64,000 bases of DNA. Origin: Bacteroidales bacterium (GTDB taxonomy: Bacteria > Bacteroidota > Bacteroidia > Bacteroidales > UBA1715). This document shows, piece by piece, positions 37,762 to 45,832 of the stretch. Each line of letters begins with the position of its first letter. Position 1 is the first letter of the stretch. The stretch covers positions 3,486-67,485 of the forward strand of contig JAFZOY010000010.1 of assembly GCA_017552705.1 (NCBI GenBank), in the 5' to 3' direction. The translations under genes were made by a program, and so were the position numbers. The notes beneath the pieces were generated by a model, which saw only the letters and a program-made list of their open reading frames with translations, was not told the origin of the DNA and made no database searches.

Positions 37762-39300
37762 ATGGCAGACGATTTATTGAAGAAAGTTATCGCTCACGCT
37801 AAGGAATATGGCTTCATTTTCCCTTCGAGCGAGATTTACGACGGACTTGGAGCCGTTTACGATTACGGACAAAACGGTGTTGAATTGAAAAACAACATCA
37901 AACAATATTGGTGGAATGCAATGGTGCGTCTGCACGAAAATATTGTCGGCATTGACTCGTCAATTTTCATGCACCCAACCATTTGGAAGGCTTCTGGTCA
38001 CGTTGATGCGTTCAACGATCCGTTGATTGACAACAAGGACTCGAAAAAACGTTATCGCGCCGATGTGTTGATTGAGGAAGAACGCGAAAAACACAATCAG
38101 AAGATTCTGAAAGAGATAGAAAAAGGACGTAAGAAATTCGGTGATTCGTTCGACGAGGCAAAAGCACGAGAAACGAATCCGAATATTCTTCGTGAACAAG
38201 CCAAGATTGACGAAATTACAAAACGTTACGACGAGGCGTTGAATGCCAACGACCTGGAAGCAATGCGTCAGTTGATTCTTGATTTGGGCATTGTGTGTCC
38301 TATTTCAGGAACGGCAAACTGGTCGGAAGTTCGTCAGTTCAACCTTATGTTTGAAACAAAACTTGGTTCGACCGCCGAAGGAGCAAGTTCCATTTATCTT
38401 CGTCCGGAAACGGCACAAGGTATTTTCGTGAACTACCTGAACGTGCAGAAAACTGGCCGTATGAAGATACCGTTTGGTATCGCACAGATAGGTAAGGCTT
38501 TCCGTAACGAGATTGTTGCCCGTCAGTTCGTGTTCCGTATGCGTGAATTCGAGCAGATGGAAATGCAGTTCTTCGTTCGCCCTGGTTCAGAAATGGAATG
38601 GTTCAAGAAATGGAAGGAAACTCGTTTGAACTGGCACAAGGCAATGGGATTGGGCGACCAAAACTATCGTTACCACGACCACGAAAAACTTGCCCACTAT
38701 GCAAATGCGGCAACCGACATTGAATTCAATTTCCCTATGGGATTCAAGGAATTGGAAGGTATTCACTCACGTACGAATTTCGACTTGAGCCAACACCAGA
38801 AATTCTCAGGAAAGAAAATCCAATATTTCGATCCAGAATTGAACGAAAGCTATGTGCCATACGTAATTGAAACGTCTATCGGTTTGGATAGAACCGTGTT
38901 GGCTGTGTTGTGCAACTCGTTCTGCGAAGAACAAGTTGACGGCGAAGTTCGCGAAGTATTGCGCATTCCTGCTGCATTGGCACCAGTGAAAATCGCTGTT
39001 ATGCCGTTAGTTAAAAAAGACGGTTTGCCAGAAGTTGCGCAAAAACTTATGCGTCAGTTGGAAATTGAATGTAACTGCCAATACGAAGAAAAAGATTCTA
39101 TCGGAAAACGCTATCGCCGTCAGGATTCAATCGGTACGCCATATTGCGTGACGGTTGACCACCAAACGTTGGAAGACAACACGGTTACCGTTCGCGAACG
39201 CGATACCATGTCGCAAGTTCGTATGTCGATAGACGAGGTAGTGGCAACACTTCCAGGCAAATGTTCATTGAACAATCTTTTGCGTAAGTTGCAAGACTAA
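37762..39300 (+). CDS. glyQS: Glycine--tRNA ligase (dimeric class II type)
   Basis: The start was refined to ATG 37762 (MADDLLKKVIAHAKEYGFIFPSSEIYDGLGAVYDYG). FRNEI and the class II motifs are present. The ORF-track 5' extension overlaps the divergent gene. Confidence 0.93.
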   Translation: MADDLLKKVIAHAKEYGFIFPSSEIYDGLGAVYDYGQNGVELKNNIKQYWWNAMVRLHENIVGIDSSIFMHPTIWKASGHVDAFNDPLIDNKDSKKRYRADVLIEEEREKHNQKILKEIEKGRKKFGDSFDEAKARETNPNILREQAKIDEITKRYDEALNANDLEAMRQLILDLGIVCPISGTANWSEVRQFNLMFETKLGSTAEGASSIYLRPETAQGIFVNYLNVQKTGRMKIPFGIAQIGKAFRNEIVARQFVFRMREFEQMEMQFFVRPGSEMEWFKKWKETRLNWHKAMGLGDQNYRYHDHEKLAHYANAATDIEFNFPMGFKELEGIHSRTNFDLSQHQKFSGKKIQYFDPELNESYVPYVIETSIGLDRTVLAVLCNSFCEEQVDGEVREVLRIPAALAPVKIAVMPLVKKDGLPEVAQKLMRQLEIECNCQYEEKDSIGKRYRRQDSIGTPYCVTVDHQTLEDNTVTVRERDTMSQVRMSIDEVVATLPGKCSLNNLLRKLQD

Positions 39301-39328
39301 GAATTAGATTAATACTGTGTTTATTGAA

Positions 39329-39360
39329 AAGCTGTGCGGACGTTCCGTGCAGCTTTTTTT
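39329..39360 (+). terminator. Rho-independent terminator after glyQS
   Basis: The sequence is aaGCTGTGCGGacgttCCGTGCAGCttttttt. It forms a 9-bp stem including two G-U pairs, followed by a T7 run. Confidence 0.6.
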
Positions 39361-39450
39361 ATGCTGTAAAGAAAATTTGTTTGCTATTTATTTAGGATAG
39401 AATATTTTATTTAACTGATATACAGTATTTTATATTTTTTATTCTACAAA

Positions 39451-39479
39451 AACCTATTAAAATAGTAGGAAAATAGGTT
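39451..39479. promoter_or_regulatory. Perfect 8-bp inverted repeat AACCTATT-N13-AATAGGTT upstream of cysK (candidate operator)
   Basis: I read it directly from the sequence. It lies ~58 nt upstream of the cysK ATG (39537), within a very AT-rich 236-bp intergenic region. Confidence 0.35.
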
Positions 39480-39536
39480 GAATGGTTGTATGTTTGCAAC
39501 GAAATGATAAACGAATTGAAACAGAATCAAGAGAAT

Positions 39537-40475
39537 ATGACAAAAATTGCTACAAATATTACGGAATTGATAGGTGGCACGCCCCTTTTGGAGCTTTCAA
39601 AGACGGAAAAACAATTAAAGCTGAAAGCTACCGTTTTGGCAAAATTGGAGTGCTTGAATCCTGGAAGAAGCGTGAAAGACCGCGTGGGTTTGGCTCTGAT
39701 TGAAACAGCAGAGAGAAAAGGACTCATAAATAAAAACACAGTAATAATAGAACCAACAAGCGGAAATACAGGGATTGGTTTGGCAATTACCGCCGCAACA
39801 CGTGGCTATCGCTTGATTTTGACTATGCCCGATTCCATGAGTATAGAACGGAGAAGTCTGCTCAAAGCGCTTGGCGCGGAACTTGTTTTAACGCCTGCCT
39901 ACGAAGGTATGCCGGGTTCTATCCGCAAAGCAAAAGAGCTGGCGGCTGAAATTGGTAATGCGTTTATTCCGCAACAATTTGCAAATCAAGCAAATCCCGA
40001 GGCTCATTACAAAACAACTGGTCAGGAAATTATTCGTGACACCGACGGAAAAGTCGATATTTTCGTTGCTGGTGTTGGTACGGGCGGTACGGTTACTGGT
40101 GTAGGACTTGCACTGAAGGAATACAATCCCAATATAAAAATTGTCGCTGTTGAGCCATACGATAGTTCTGTCCTTTCGGGGCATAAACCAGGCCCGCATA
40201 AATTGCAAGGCATCGGAGCGGGATTTATTCCCGAAGTGCTCGACACCAATATTTACGATGAAATCTTCAGAGTGAAGAACGACGATGCGTTCGAGGCTTC
40301 AAGAAACTTTGCGTCGCAGGAAGGCGTGTTGGTGGGAATTTCATCGGGGGCGGCTTTACATGCGGCTATTGAAATCGCAAAACGTGCGGAAAATCGTGGA
40401 AAAACCATAGTCGCCCTCTTGCCTGATTCGGGAGAACGATATTTGTCAACAACACTTTTTTCAAACTTAAAATAG
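39537..40475 (+). CDS. cysK: Cysteine synthase (O-acetylserine sulfhydrylase family; CysK versus CysM type not resolvable by eye)
   Basis: The start was refined to ATG 39537 ([20 protein letters not shown]). The PLP-lysine motif is [16 protein letters not shown], with [10 protein letters not shown] and a [10 protein letters not shown] loop. Confidence 0.92.
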   Translation: MTKIATNITELIGGTPLLELSKTEKQLKLKATVLAKLECLNPGRSVKDRVGLALIETAERKGLINKNTVIIEPTSGNTGIGLAITAATRGYRLILTMPDSMSIERRSLLKALGAELVLTPAYEGMPGSIRKAKELAAEIGNAFIPQQFANQANPEAHYKTTGQEIIRDTDGKVDIFVAGVGTGGTVTGVGLALKEYNPNIKIVAVEPYDSSVLSGHKPGPHKLQGIGAGFIPEVLDTNIYDEIFRVKNDDAFEASRNFASQEGVLVGISSGAALHAAIEIAKRAENRGKTIVALLPDSGERYLSTTLFSNLK

Positions 40476-40482
40476 AACAACC

Positions 40483-40695
40483 ATGGCAAAAATTACAGTA
40501 AACGGTCAAGAACAAGAAGTTACATTGCCTTTGTCGCTGATAGAACTGATGACAAACAACAATGTGGAACAACCAGAAATGGTAAGCGTGCAAATCAACG
40601 AAGAGTTTGTGGAACGTGAGAATTTTCCTAAAACACAAATAAAGGACGGCGATGAAGTTGATTTCCTTTATTTTATGGGTGGTGGAGCATTTTAA
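40483..40695 (+). CDS. ThiS/MoaD-family sulfur-carrier protein with a C-terminal GG followed by two extra residues (…YFMGGGAF)
   Basis: This 70-aa beta-grasp-like protein (MAKITVNGQEQEV…DGDEVDFLYFMGGGAF*) lies 7 nt after cysK and just before an E1-like enzyme. Confidence 0.8.
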   Translation: MAKITVNGQEQEVTLPLSLIELMTNNNVEQPEMVSVQINEEFVERENFPKTQIKDGDEVDFLYFMGGGAF

Positions 40696-40719
40696 GTATT
40701 GATTAAAAAACAAAAAACT

Positions 40720-41535
40720 ATGTTTGATTTTACCGAAGAAGAACTTAAACGGTATTCTCGCCACATTCTTTTGAAAGATGTCGGTGTTGAAGGACAAGAG
40801 AAAATTCGCGAGGCGAAGGTTCTCGTGATTGGTGCCGGCGGACTTGGCGCTCCGGTTGCGTTGTATCTGGCTGCGGCAGGTGTCGGAACAATCGGAATAG
40901 TTGATGGCGACGTGGTTGATTTGAGCAATCTGCAACGGCAGATTATCCACTCCACTGCCGATATTGACAAACCCAAGGTGCAATCCGCCAAAGAAACAAT
41001 ACAAGCAATAAATCCCCACGTGAAAGTTCGGGAATACAAGACGTTTCTTGAAGCAAGCAACGCTCTGGATATTATCAAGGAATATGATTTTGTGGTTGAC
41101 GGAACGGATAATTTCCCTGTAAAATTCCTCATAAACGACGCCTGCATTATGGCAGGAAAGCCATTCAGCCATGGTGGAATTTTGCGTTTTGAAGGACAAA
41201 CATTCACGCATGTGCCAGGAACCGCCTGCTATCGTTGCGTGTTCCCCACTCCACCCCCGCCAAACCTTGTCCCCACGTGTTCGCAAGCGGGTGTACTTGG
41301 TGCGATTGCTGGTATGCTTGGCACAATTCAAGCTGCCGAAGTCTTGAAATACATCACTGGCGTGGGTGAATTGCTTACCGATAAGTTATTGACTTTCAAC
41401 GCAAAAACAATGGATTTCAGAAAGGTTGCCGTTAAAAAACGTGAAAAATGCGCTATATGTGGCGATCAACCTACAATCCACACTCTCATTGATTACGAAC
41501 AAGCTGCGTGCGACCTTGCTTCGCACGGCAAATAA
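40720..41535 (+). CDS. HesA/MoeB/ThiF-family E1-like adenylyltransferase
   Basis: RYSRHILLKDVGVEGQEKI, VLVIGAGGLGAPVALYLAAAGVG, DLSNLQRQ and the zinc motifs CYRC…CAIC are present. ATG 40720 is preferred over TTG 40699. Confidence 0.9.
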   Translation: MFDFTEEELKRYSRHILLKDVGVEGQEKIREAKVLVIGAGGLGAPVALYLAAAGVGTIGIVDGDVVDLSNLQRQIIHSTADIDKPKVQSAKETIQAINPHVKVREYKTFLEASNALDIIKEYDFVVDGTDNFPVKFLINDACIMAGKPFSHGGILRFEGQTFTHVPGTACYRCVFPTPPPPNLVPTCSQAGVLGAIAGMLGTIQAAEVLKYITGVGELLTDKLLTFNAKTMDFRKVAVKKREKCAICGDQPTIHTLIDYEQAACDLASHGK

Positions 41536-41547
41536 AACAATACGACT

Positions 41548-42027
41548 ATGGCAGAAAATAAAAAATTATCGCTTATCGCCTTCTCAGGCGAATTTGACAA
41601 ATTAACGGCTGTATTCACGCTGGCCACGGGTGCTGCGGCTGTAGGATACGAGGTGAACATTTTCTTCACTTTCTGGGGGCTTGATGCCATTAAACAGAAA
41701 AAAGGAAGAAGTTTTGTCGGCGGCACATTCCTGACGAAAATATTCGGATTTATGATGGGAGGATTGCATGCCACACCAACGAGCCGATTCAATTTCTTCG
41801 GTTTTGGACCATGGATTTTCCGTAAACTTATGAAAAAGAACAACGTTGCCACACTCGAAGAACTTGTTGATGCGGCTCACGCTTTGGGCGTAAACCTTTA
41901 TGCGTGCGAAATGGCTATGCACGTGCTTGGCCTTGAGCAGAAGGATTTCATACACGAAGTAAAAGACACTCTTGGCGTTGCCACGTTCCTTGAACTATCG
42001 GAAGGCGGACGAACAATGTTCATTTAG
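41548..42027 (+). CDS. DsrE/DsrF-like (DrsE_2-type) sulfur-relay family protein
   Basis: KLSLIAFSGEFDKLTAVFTLATGAAAVGYEVNIFFTFWGL and a conserved Cys in YACEMAM are present. The 159-aa size is typical of the family. Confidence 0.7.
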   Translation: MAENKKLSLIAFSGEFDKLTAVFTLATGAAAVGYEVNIFFTFWGLDAIKQKKGRSFVGGTFLTKIFGFMMGGLHATPTSRFNFFGFGPWIFRKLMKKNNVATLEELVDAAHALGVNLYACEMAMHVLGLEQKDFIHEVKDTLGVATFLELSEGGRTMFI

Positions 42028-42088
42028 TAAATTAAAAATTAAAAAAGGATACTACTTACTTATTCATAATTCATAACTCTTAACTCCT

Positions 42089-42310
42089 ATGACTCACACA
42101 TTGGATATAACAAAAGAACATTGCCCAATGACGTTTGTAAAAACCAAACTGAAATTGGCTCAAATAGCCGACGGCGATATTTTGGAAGTGCTTCTTACTG
42201 AAGGCGAACCATTGAACAACGTTCCCCGTTCGGCAACAGAACAAGGTTATAAAGTACTGTCGGTCAACCACGTTGACGGACAAATCCATAAAGTAACAAT
42301 TCAGAAATAA
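42089..42310 (+). CDS. tusA: TusA/SirA-family sulfurtransferase
   Basis: The 73-aa protein has the CPxP-type active-site context LDITKEHCPMTFVKTK and ILEVLLTEGEPLNNVP. Confidence 0.85.
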   Translation: MTHTLDITKEHCPMTFVKTKLKLAQIADGDILEVLLTEGEPLNNVPRSATEQGYKVLSVNHVDGQIHKVTIQK

Positions 42311-42709
42311 ATGGAAATAATAGTAACGGAATCGGCATATCGTGACGTTCTTGCACAGGCGAAAAAGGATGCTCCGCTTGAATCGTGCGGCTATTTGATG
42401 GGACCCGACAAAAACACGGTCACTGTCAATTATCCGATGAAAAATGTGGACGAGTCGGCCGAACATTTCAGTTTCGACCCGAAAGAGCAATTTGCAGCTG
42501 TGAAATACGCCCGCCAAAACGGACTTACAATCGTAGGCAATTGGCACAGCCACCCTGCCACGCCGTCAAGACCTTCGGCGGAGGATATACGTCTCGCCCT
42601 TGATTCCAACATTCTCTATTTCATACTCTCGCTTGCCGAACAAACACCTGTGTTTAACGCATTTGTGATTTCAAACGGCGAAGTGCGGGAGAAAATCAAC
42701 ATTCGATAA
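42311..42709 (+). CDS. JAMM/MPN+ (Mov34) metalloprotease
   Basis: The E…(ESCGYL) and HSHPATPSRPSAEDI segments give the full JAMM motif H-x-H-x7-S-x2-D. The start codon abuts the tusA stop. Confidence 0.88.
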   Translation: MEIIVTESAYRDVLAQAKKDAPLESCGYLMGPDKNTVTVNYPMKNVDESAEHFSFDPKEQFAAVKYARQNGLTIVGNWHSHPATPSRPSAEDIRLALDSNILYFILSLAEQTPVFNAFVISNGEVREKINIR

Positions 42710-42754
42710 CGAAATTTTTAACAAACGGATTTATAAACTAAAAAAATTAAAATT

Positions 42755-44194
42755 ATGTCAGACAACAACATTCAACGCAGTATTACGACTGCTACGGCTC
42801 GAAAATTAGCAAATACCACCAAAACCCCACCACAGATGGGTTCCATAACACCTCGTCTGTTGCTGAAACTTTTACCATGGGTGCAAGTGGAAAGCGGTAC
42901 ATATCGAGTAAATCGTACAAAAGTGGAATTAAAAAAGGCGGAACGTATTGAAATTCAATATTTTGACGGCGTACCAAGTTTTTCCGCGAAAAATCTTCGC
43001 GCTATTCCGTTGTTTTCGCACATCGACCAAGAAATTGTTACCGATTTGGCACGAAATTTTGTACCTGTCGAAGTCAAGCGTGGTAAAAATCTGATTACGC
43101 AAGGCAAGGACAAGCAAAAATTCTTTATCGTTGCAAGTGGTCAAGCCGAGGTCATAAGCGCAGGAATCCACGGAGAAGAATTGCGTATAGCTCTTTTGGG
43201 TGCCGGCGAATACTTCGGGGAATCGGATTTGCTGAGTGCCGCAAATTCCACGGTAACGGTTCGTTCCATCACAAACTCAGTTTTCCTGCAATTGGAAACG
43301 CCTGTGCTTGAGAAACTTATAAAAGAACGTCCTAATTTCCGTGAACAGTTCAACAATGCCGTTGACGACCATTTGCGTCTGAAAGCGACGGTAAACGACC
43401 ACGGTGAAAAACACATTGACTTGGTAAGTGGTCATGAAGAGGACAATATTATTCCTGAAACCTACATTGACTACGACGAAAATCCTACCGAATACTCGCT
43501 CAATACATTACAGACGGTTGTTCGCGTCCATACACGTGTAAGCGACCTTTACAATGCTCCCTACAATCAATTGGAACAACAATTGCGACTTTCTATCGAA
43601 AGTATTAAGGAGCGTCAGGAATGGGAACTCATAAACAACAAAAAATTTGGACTTTTGGCACAAGCAAATCCTGCTTACAAAATAAGTGCACGCTATGGCG
43701 CCCCCACTCCCGACGACCTTGACGAACTTCTTTCGCTTGTGTGGAAGGAACCAGCATTTTTCATTGCAAATCCTCGTGCCATTGCCGCTTTTGAACGTGA
43801 ATGCACATGGCGTGGCGTTCCACCTGTAAGCATTGATTTGTTTGGCACAAAAGTGATTACGTGGCGTGGTGTTCCTATCGTTCCATCCGACAAAGTGGAA
43901 GTTAAGGGACAATATCTTACAAACCGTGGCGTAGGCACAACAGAAATTATTCTGGTACGTGTTGGCGAAAAGGAACAAGGCGTTGTGGGTTTGCACCAAT
44001 CGGGAATCCCTGGCGAAATCGCCCCGTCGTTGTCGGCTCGTTTGATGGGATTGGACCAATACGGTGTAACAAGTTATTTGCTGACCAAATATTTCAGCCT
44101 TGCAAGCTTGACCGACGATGCCATTGCCGTTTTGGAAAATGTGGAAGTTGGCTATTATCATGATTATCAACACAGAAATCAAATTGAAAAATAA
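42755..44194 (+). CDS. Family 2B encapsulin nanocompartment shell protein (HK97 fold with an inserted cNMP-binding-like domain)
   Basis: The N-terminus TARKLANTTKTPPQMGSITPRLLLKLLPWVQVESGTYRVNR matches what I recall of family-2 shells such as Synechococcus SrpI. So does the core ETYIDYDENPTEYSLNTLQTVVRVHTRVSDLYN…GAPTPDDLDELLSLVWKEPAFFIANPRAIAAFERECTWRGVPP…ITWRGVPIVPSDKV. Residues ~78-195 form a CAP_ED-like insertion (FFIVASGQAEV…GEYFGESDLL). Confidence 0.85.
   Translation: MSDNNIQRSITTATARKLANTTKTPPQMGSITPRLLLKLLPWVQVESGTYRVNRTKVELKKAERIEIQYFDGVPSFSAKNLRAIPLFSHIDQEIVTDLARNFVPVEVKRGKNLITQGKDKQKFFIVASGQAEVISAGIHGEELRIALLGAGEYFGESDLLSAANSTVTVRSITNSVFLQLETPVLEKLIKERPNFREQFNNAVDDHLRLKATVNDHGEKHIDLVSGHEEDNIIPETYIDYDENPTEYSLNTLQTVVRVHTRVSDLYNAPYNQLEQQLRLSIESIKERQEWELINNKKFGLLAQANPAYKISARYGAPTPDDLDELLSLVWKEPAFFIANPRAIAAFERECTWRGVPPVSIDLFGTKVITWRGVPIVPSDKVEVKGQYLTNRGVGTTEIILVRVGEKEQGVVGLHQSGIPGEIAPSLSARLMGLDQYGVTSYLLTKYFSLASLTDDAIAVLENVEVGYYHDYQHRNQIEK
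42986..43339 (+). other. cNMP-binding-like (CAP_ED) domain inserted in the encapsulin shell protein
   Basis: LFSHIDQEIVTDLARNF…GKNLITQGKDKQKFFIVASGQAEV…LGAGEYFGESDLLSAANSTVTVRS is present. FGE is conserved, but the canonical R-[ST]-A of the phosphate-binding cassette reads N-S-T. Confidence 0.7.
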
Positions 44195-45807
44195 TGTACG
44201 GAAACGAATTAGATAATGCACAACCCAATATTCCAGAATTGGGTGAGATTCCGAAGTGGACTGTTCCGATAGAAACTCCAAATCCAGACGGGATAGTCTC
44301 TCCATTGCCTCCTTCAACCTTTACTGAGAGTGCGGATTTATCGGGGCTTCCACTATCGGGAACTTTGCTGCCGGGCGATTTATCGGATGCCGACAAGACT
44401 TTGTTCCGCAATGTTGTGGAAAAGTTTTTCCCTAATTCCATGGCAAAGGAACAGGCATTGTCGCTGATGAACGTTAATTCTGACGATTCGGATGCTAGCA
44501 GCAAAAAATGTCTGCTCAACGACAATGGTTTCGGCATTGGTATCCCCGAAATGGAACTTGTGAAAAATCTTCGATACGAAGATTCCGATGTCATCAACAG
44601 CGACGCAATACGACAGCAGTTCCCCATTCTTCATCAAAAGGTGAACGGAAAAGACCTTGTTTGGTTCGACAATGGTGCAACCACACAAAAACCACTTCGC
44701 GTTATTGACGGTTTGAGCGAATTTTACAAGCACGACTACTCCAACATTCACCGTGGAGCTCATACGCTTGCCGCCCGCTCCACCGACCAATACGAAGGTG
44801 CACGCGAAAAAGTGGCACGCTTCATAAACGCTCCCTCTTCCGAAAATATTATTTTCGTGCGTGGGACAACCGAAGGTATCAACTTGGTTGCGAACACGTT
44901 TGGTAGGAAAAATCTGCTTGCAGGCGACAACGTAATTGTTTCCACTCTTGACCACCATGCCAACATTGTGCCGTGGCAGCAAATCTGCAAGGAAGTCAAG
45001 GCGGAACTGCGTGCCATTCCAATTGACAAAAACGGTGATCTAATTTTGCCAGAACTGGAACGTCTTATTACACCACGCACAAAATTCATTTCGGTTGGAC
45101 ACGTAAACAATACGTTCGGCACGGTGAACGACGTTCGTACAATCGTGAAAATTGCCCATTCACACGGGATTCCGGTCCTGCTCGACGGCGCGCAGTCAAT
45201 TGCACATACCAAAATTGACGTGCAGGAACTAGACTGCGATTTCTTTGTTTTTTCAGGGCATAAGATTTATGGTCCGTCGGGAATCGGTGTCGTGTATGGC
45301 AAGAAGGAAGTTTTGAGCCAACTTCCGCCATGGCAAGGTGGTGGCAACATGATAAAGGACGTTACCATTGAAAAGACTGAGTTCAACGAACCGCCTGCTC
45401 GTTTCGAGGCTGGTACGCCAAACATTGCCGATGCCATCGGATTGGGCTATGCACTCGATTTTGTTCAAAGCGTCGGAATTCAAAACATCGAACGACACGA
45501 ACATGATTTGACCGAATATGCACGTGAGCAAATCGGCAAGATTCAAGGCATTACTATTATGGGAAATCCAAAAAATCGTGTAAGCGTGGTTTCGTTTGAT
45601 GTACACGGAATACCTGCCCCGCAAGTCGGCCAAATGCTTGACAAAGAAGGAATTGCTGTCCGTGCAGGACACCATTGCGCCCAACCTGCTTTACGTGCCT
45701 TGGGCTACGAAATGTCGGTGCGCCCTACGTTTGCGGTATATAACACCCGTGCTGAAGTTGACCGATTGGTCGCCGCTTTGCAAAAGATTGTCGGAACAAG
45801 CAAATAA
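44194..45807 (+). CDS. SufS-type (group II) cysteine desulfurase with a ~135-aa N-terminal extension (putative encapsulin cargo-loading domain)
   Basis: The core starts near IRQQFPILHQKVNGKDLVWFDNGATTQKP. The PLP lysine lies in FFVFSGHKIYGP and the catalytic Cys in RAGHHCAQP. The N-terminal 135 aa are P/S/D/L/G-rich with no fold-like pattern. The ATG overlaps the shell stop (TAATG at 44192-44196). Confidence 0.9.
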   Translation: MYGNELDNAQPNIPELGEIPKWTVPIETPNPDGIVSPLPPSTFTESADLSGLPLSGTLLPGDLSDADKTLFRNVVEKFFPNSMAKEQALSLMNVNSDDSDASSKKCLLNDNGFGIGIPEMELVKNLRYEDSDVINSDAIRQQFPILHQKVNGKDLVWFDNGATTQKPLRVIDGLSEFYKHDYSNIHRGAHTLAARSTDQYEGAREKVARFINAPSSENIIFVRGTTEGINLVANTFGRKNLLAGDNVIVSTLDHHANIVPWQQICKEVKAELRAIPIDKNGDLILPELERLITPRTKFISVGHVNNTFGTVNDVRTIVKIAHSHGIPVLLDGAQSIAHTKIDVQELDCDFFVFSGHKIYGPSGIGVVYGKKEVLSQLPPWQGGGNMIKDVTIEKTEFNEPPARFEAGTPNIADAIGLGYALDFVQSVGIQNIERHEHDLTEYAREQIGKIQGITIMGNPKNRVSVVSFDVHGIPAPQVGQMLDKEGIAVRAGHHCAQPALRALGYEMSVRPTFAVYNTRAEVDRLVAALQKIVGTSK

Positions 45808-45832
45808 TCAGGAAGAACAAAAAAAGGATTCT

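Noticed and set aside
39301-39536. A riboswitch or T-box leader (for example SAM) upstream of the sulfur locus
   Set aside because: The region is extremely AT-rich. It has no conserved helices or the GC-rich cores expected of SAM or T-box elements, and only the short dyad at 39451..39479 stands out.
40366-41331. A 321-aa minus-strand ORF spanning the cysK 3' end, the ThiS-like gene and the MoeB/ThiF gene (also 40692..41207, 171 aa)
   Set aside because: It is antisense to three genes with strong family motifs. The translation is low-complexity and Cys/Phe/His-rich with no motif, so it is a typical shadow ORF.
41548-42310. DsrE-like plus TusA as part of a dissimilatory sulfur-oxidation (dsr/hdr) pathway
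   Set aside because: There are no dsrAB, dsrC, hdr or sox genes in the window. The context is assimilatory (cysK, cysE, desulfurase, ThiS/E1), so a persulfide-relay role is more parsimonious.
43508-44982. Minus-strand ORFs of 269 aa (43508..44317), 177 aa (44094..44627) and 200 aa (44380..44982) inside the encapsulin and desulfurase genes
   Set aside because: They are antisense shadows of confidently identified plus-strand genes and have no recognisable motifs.
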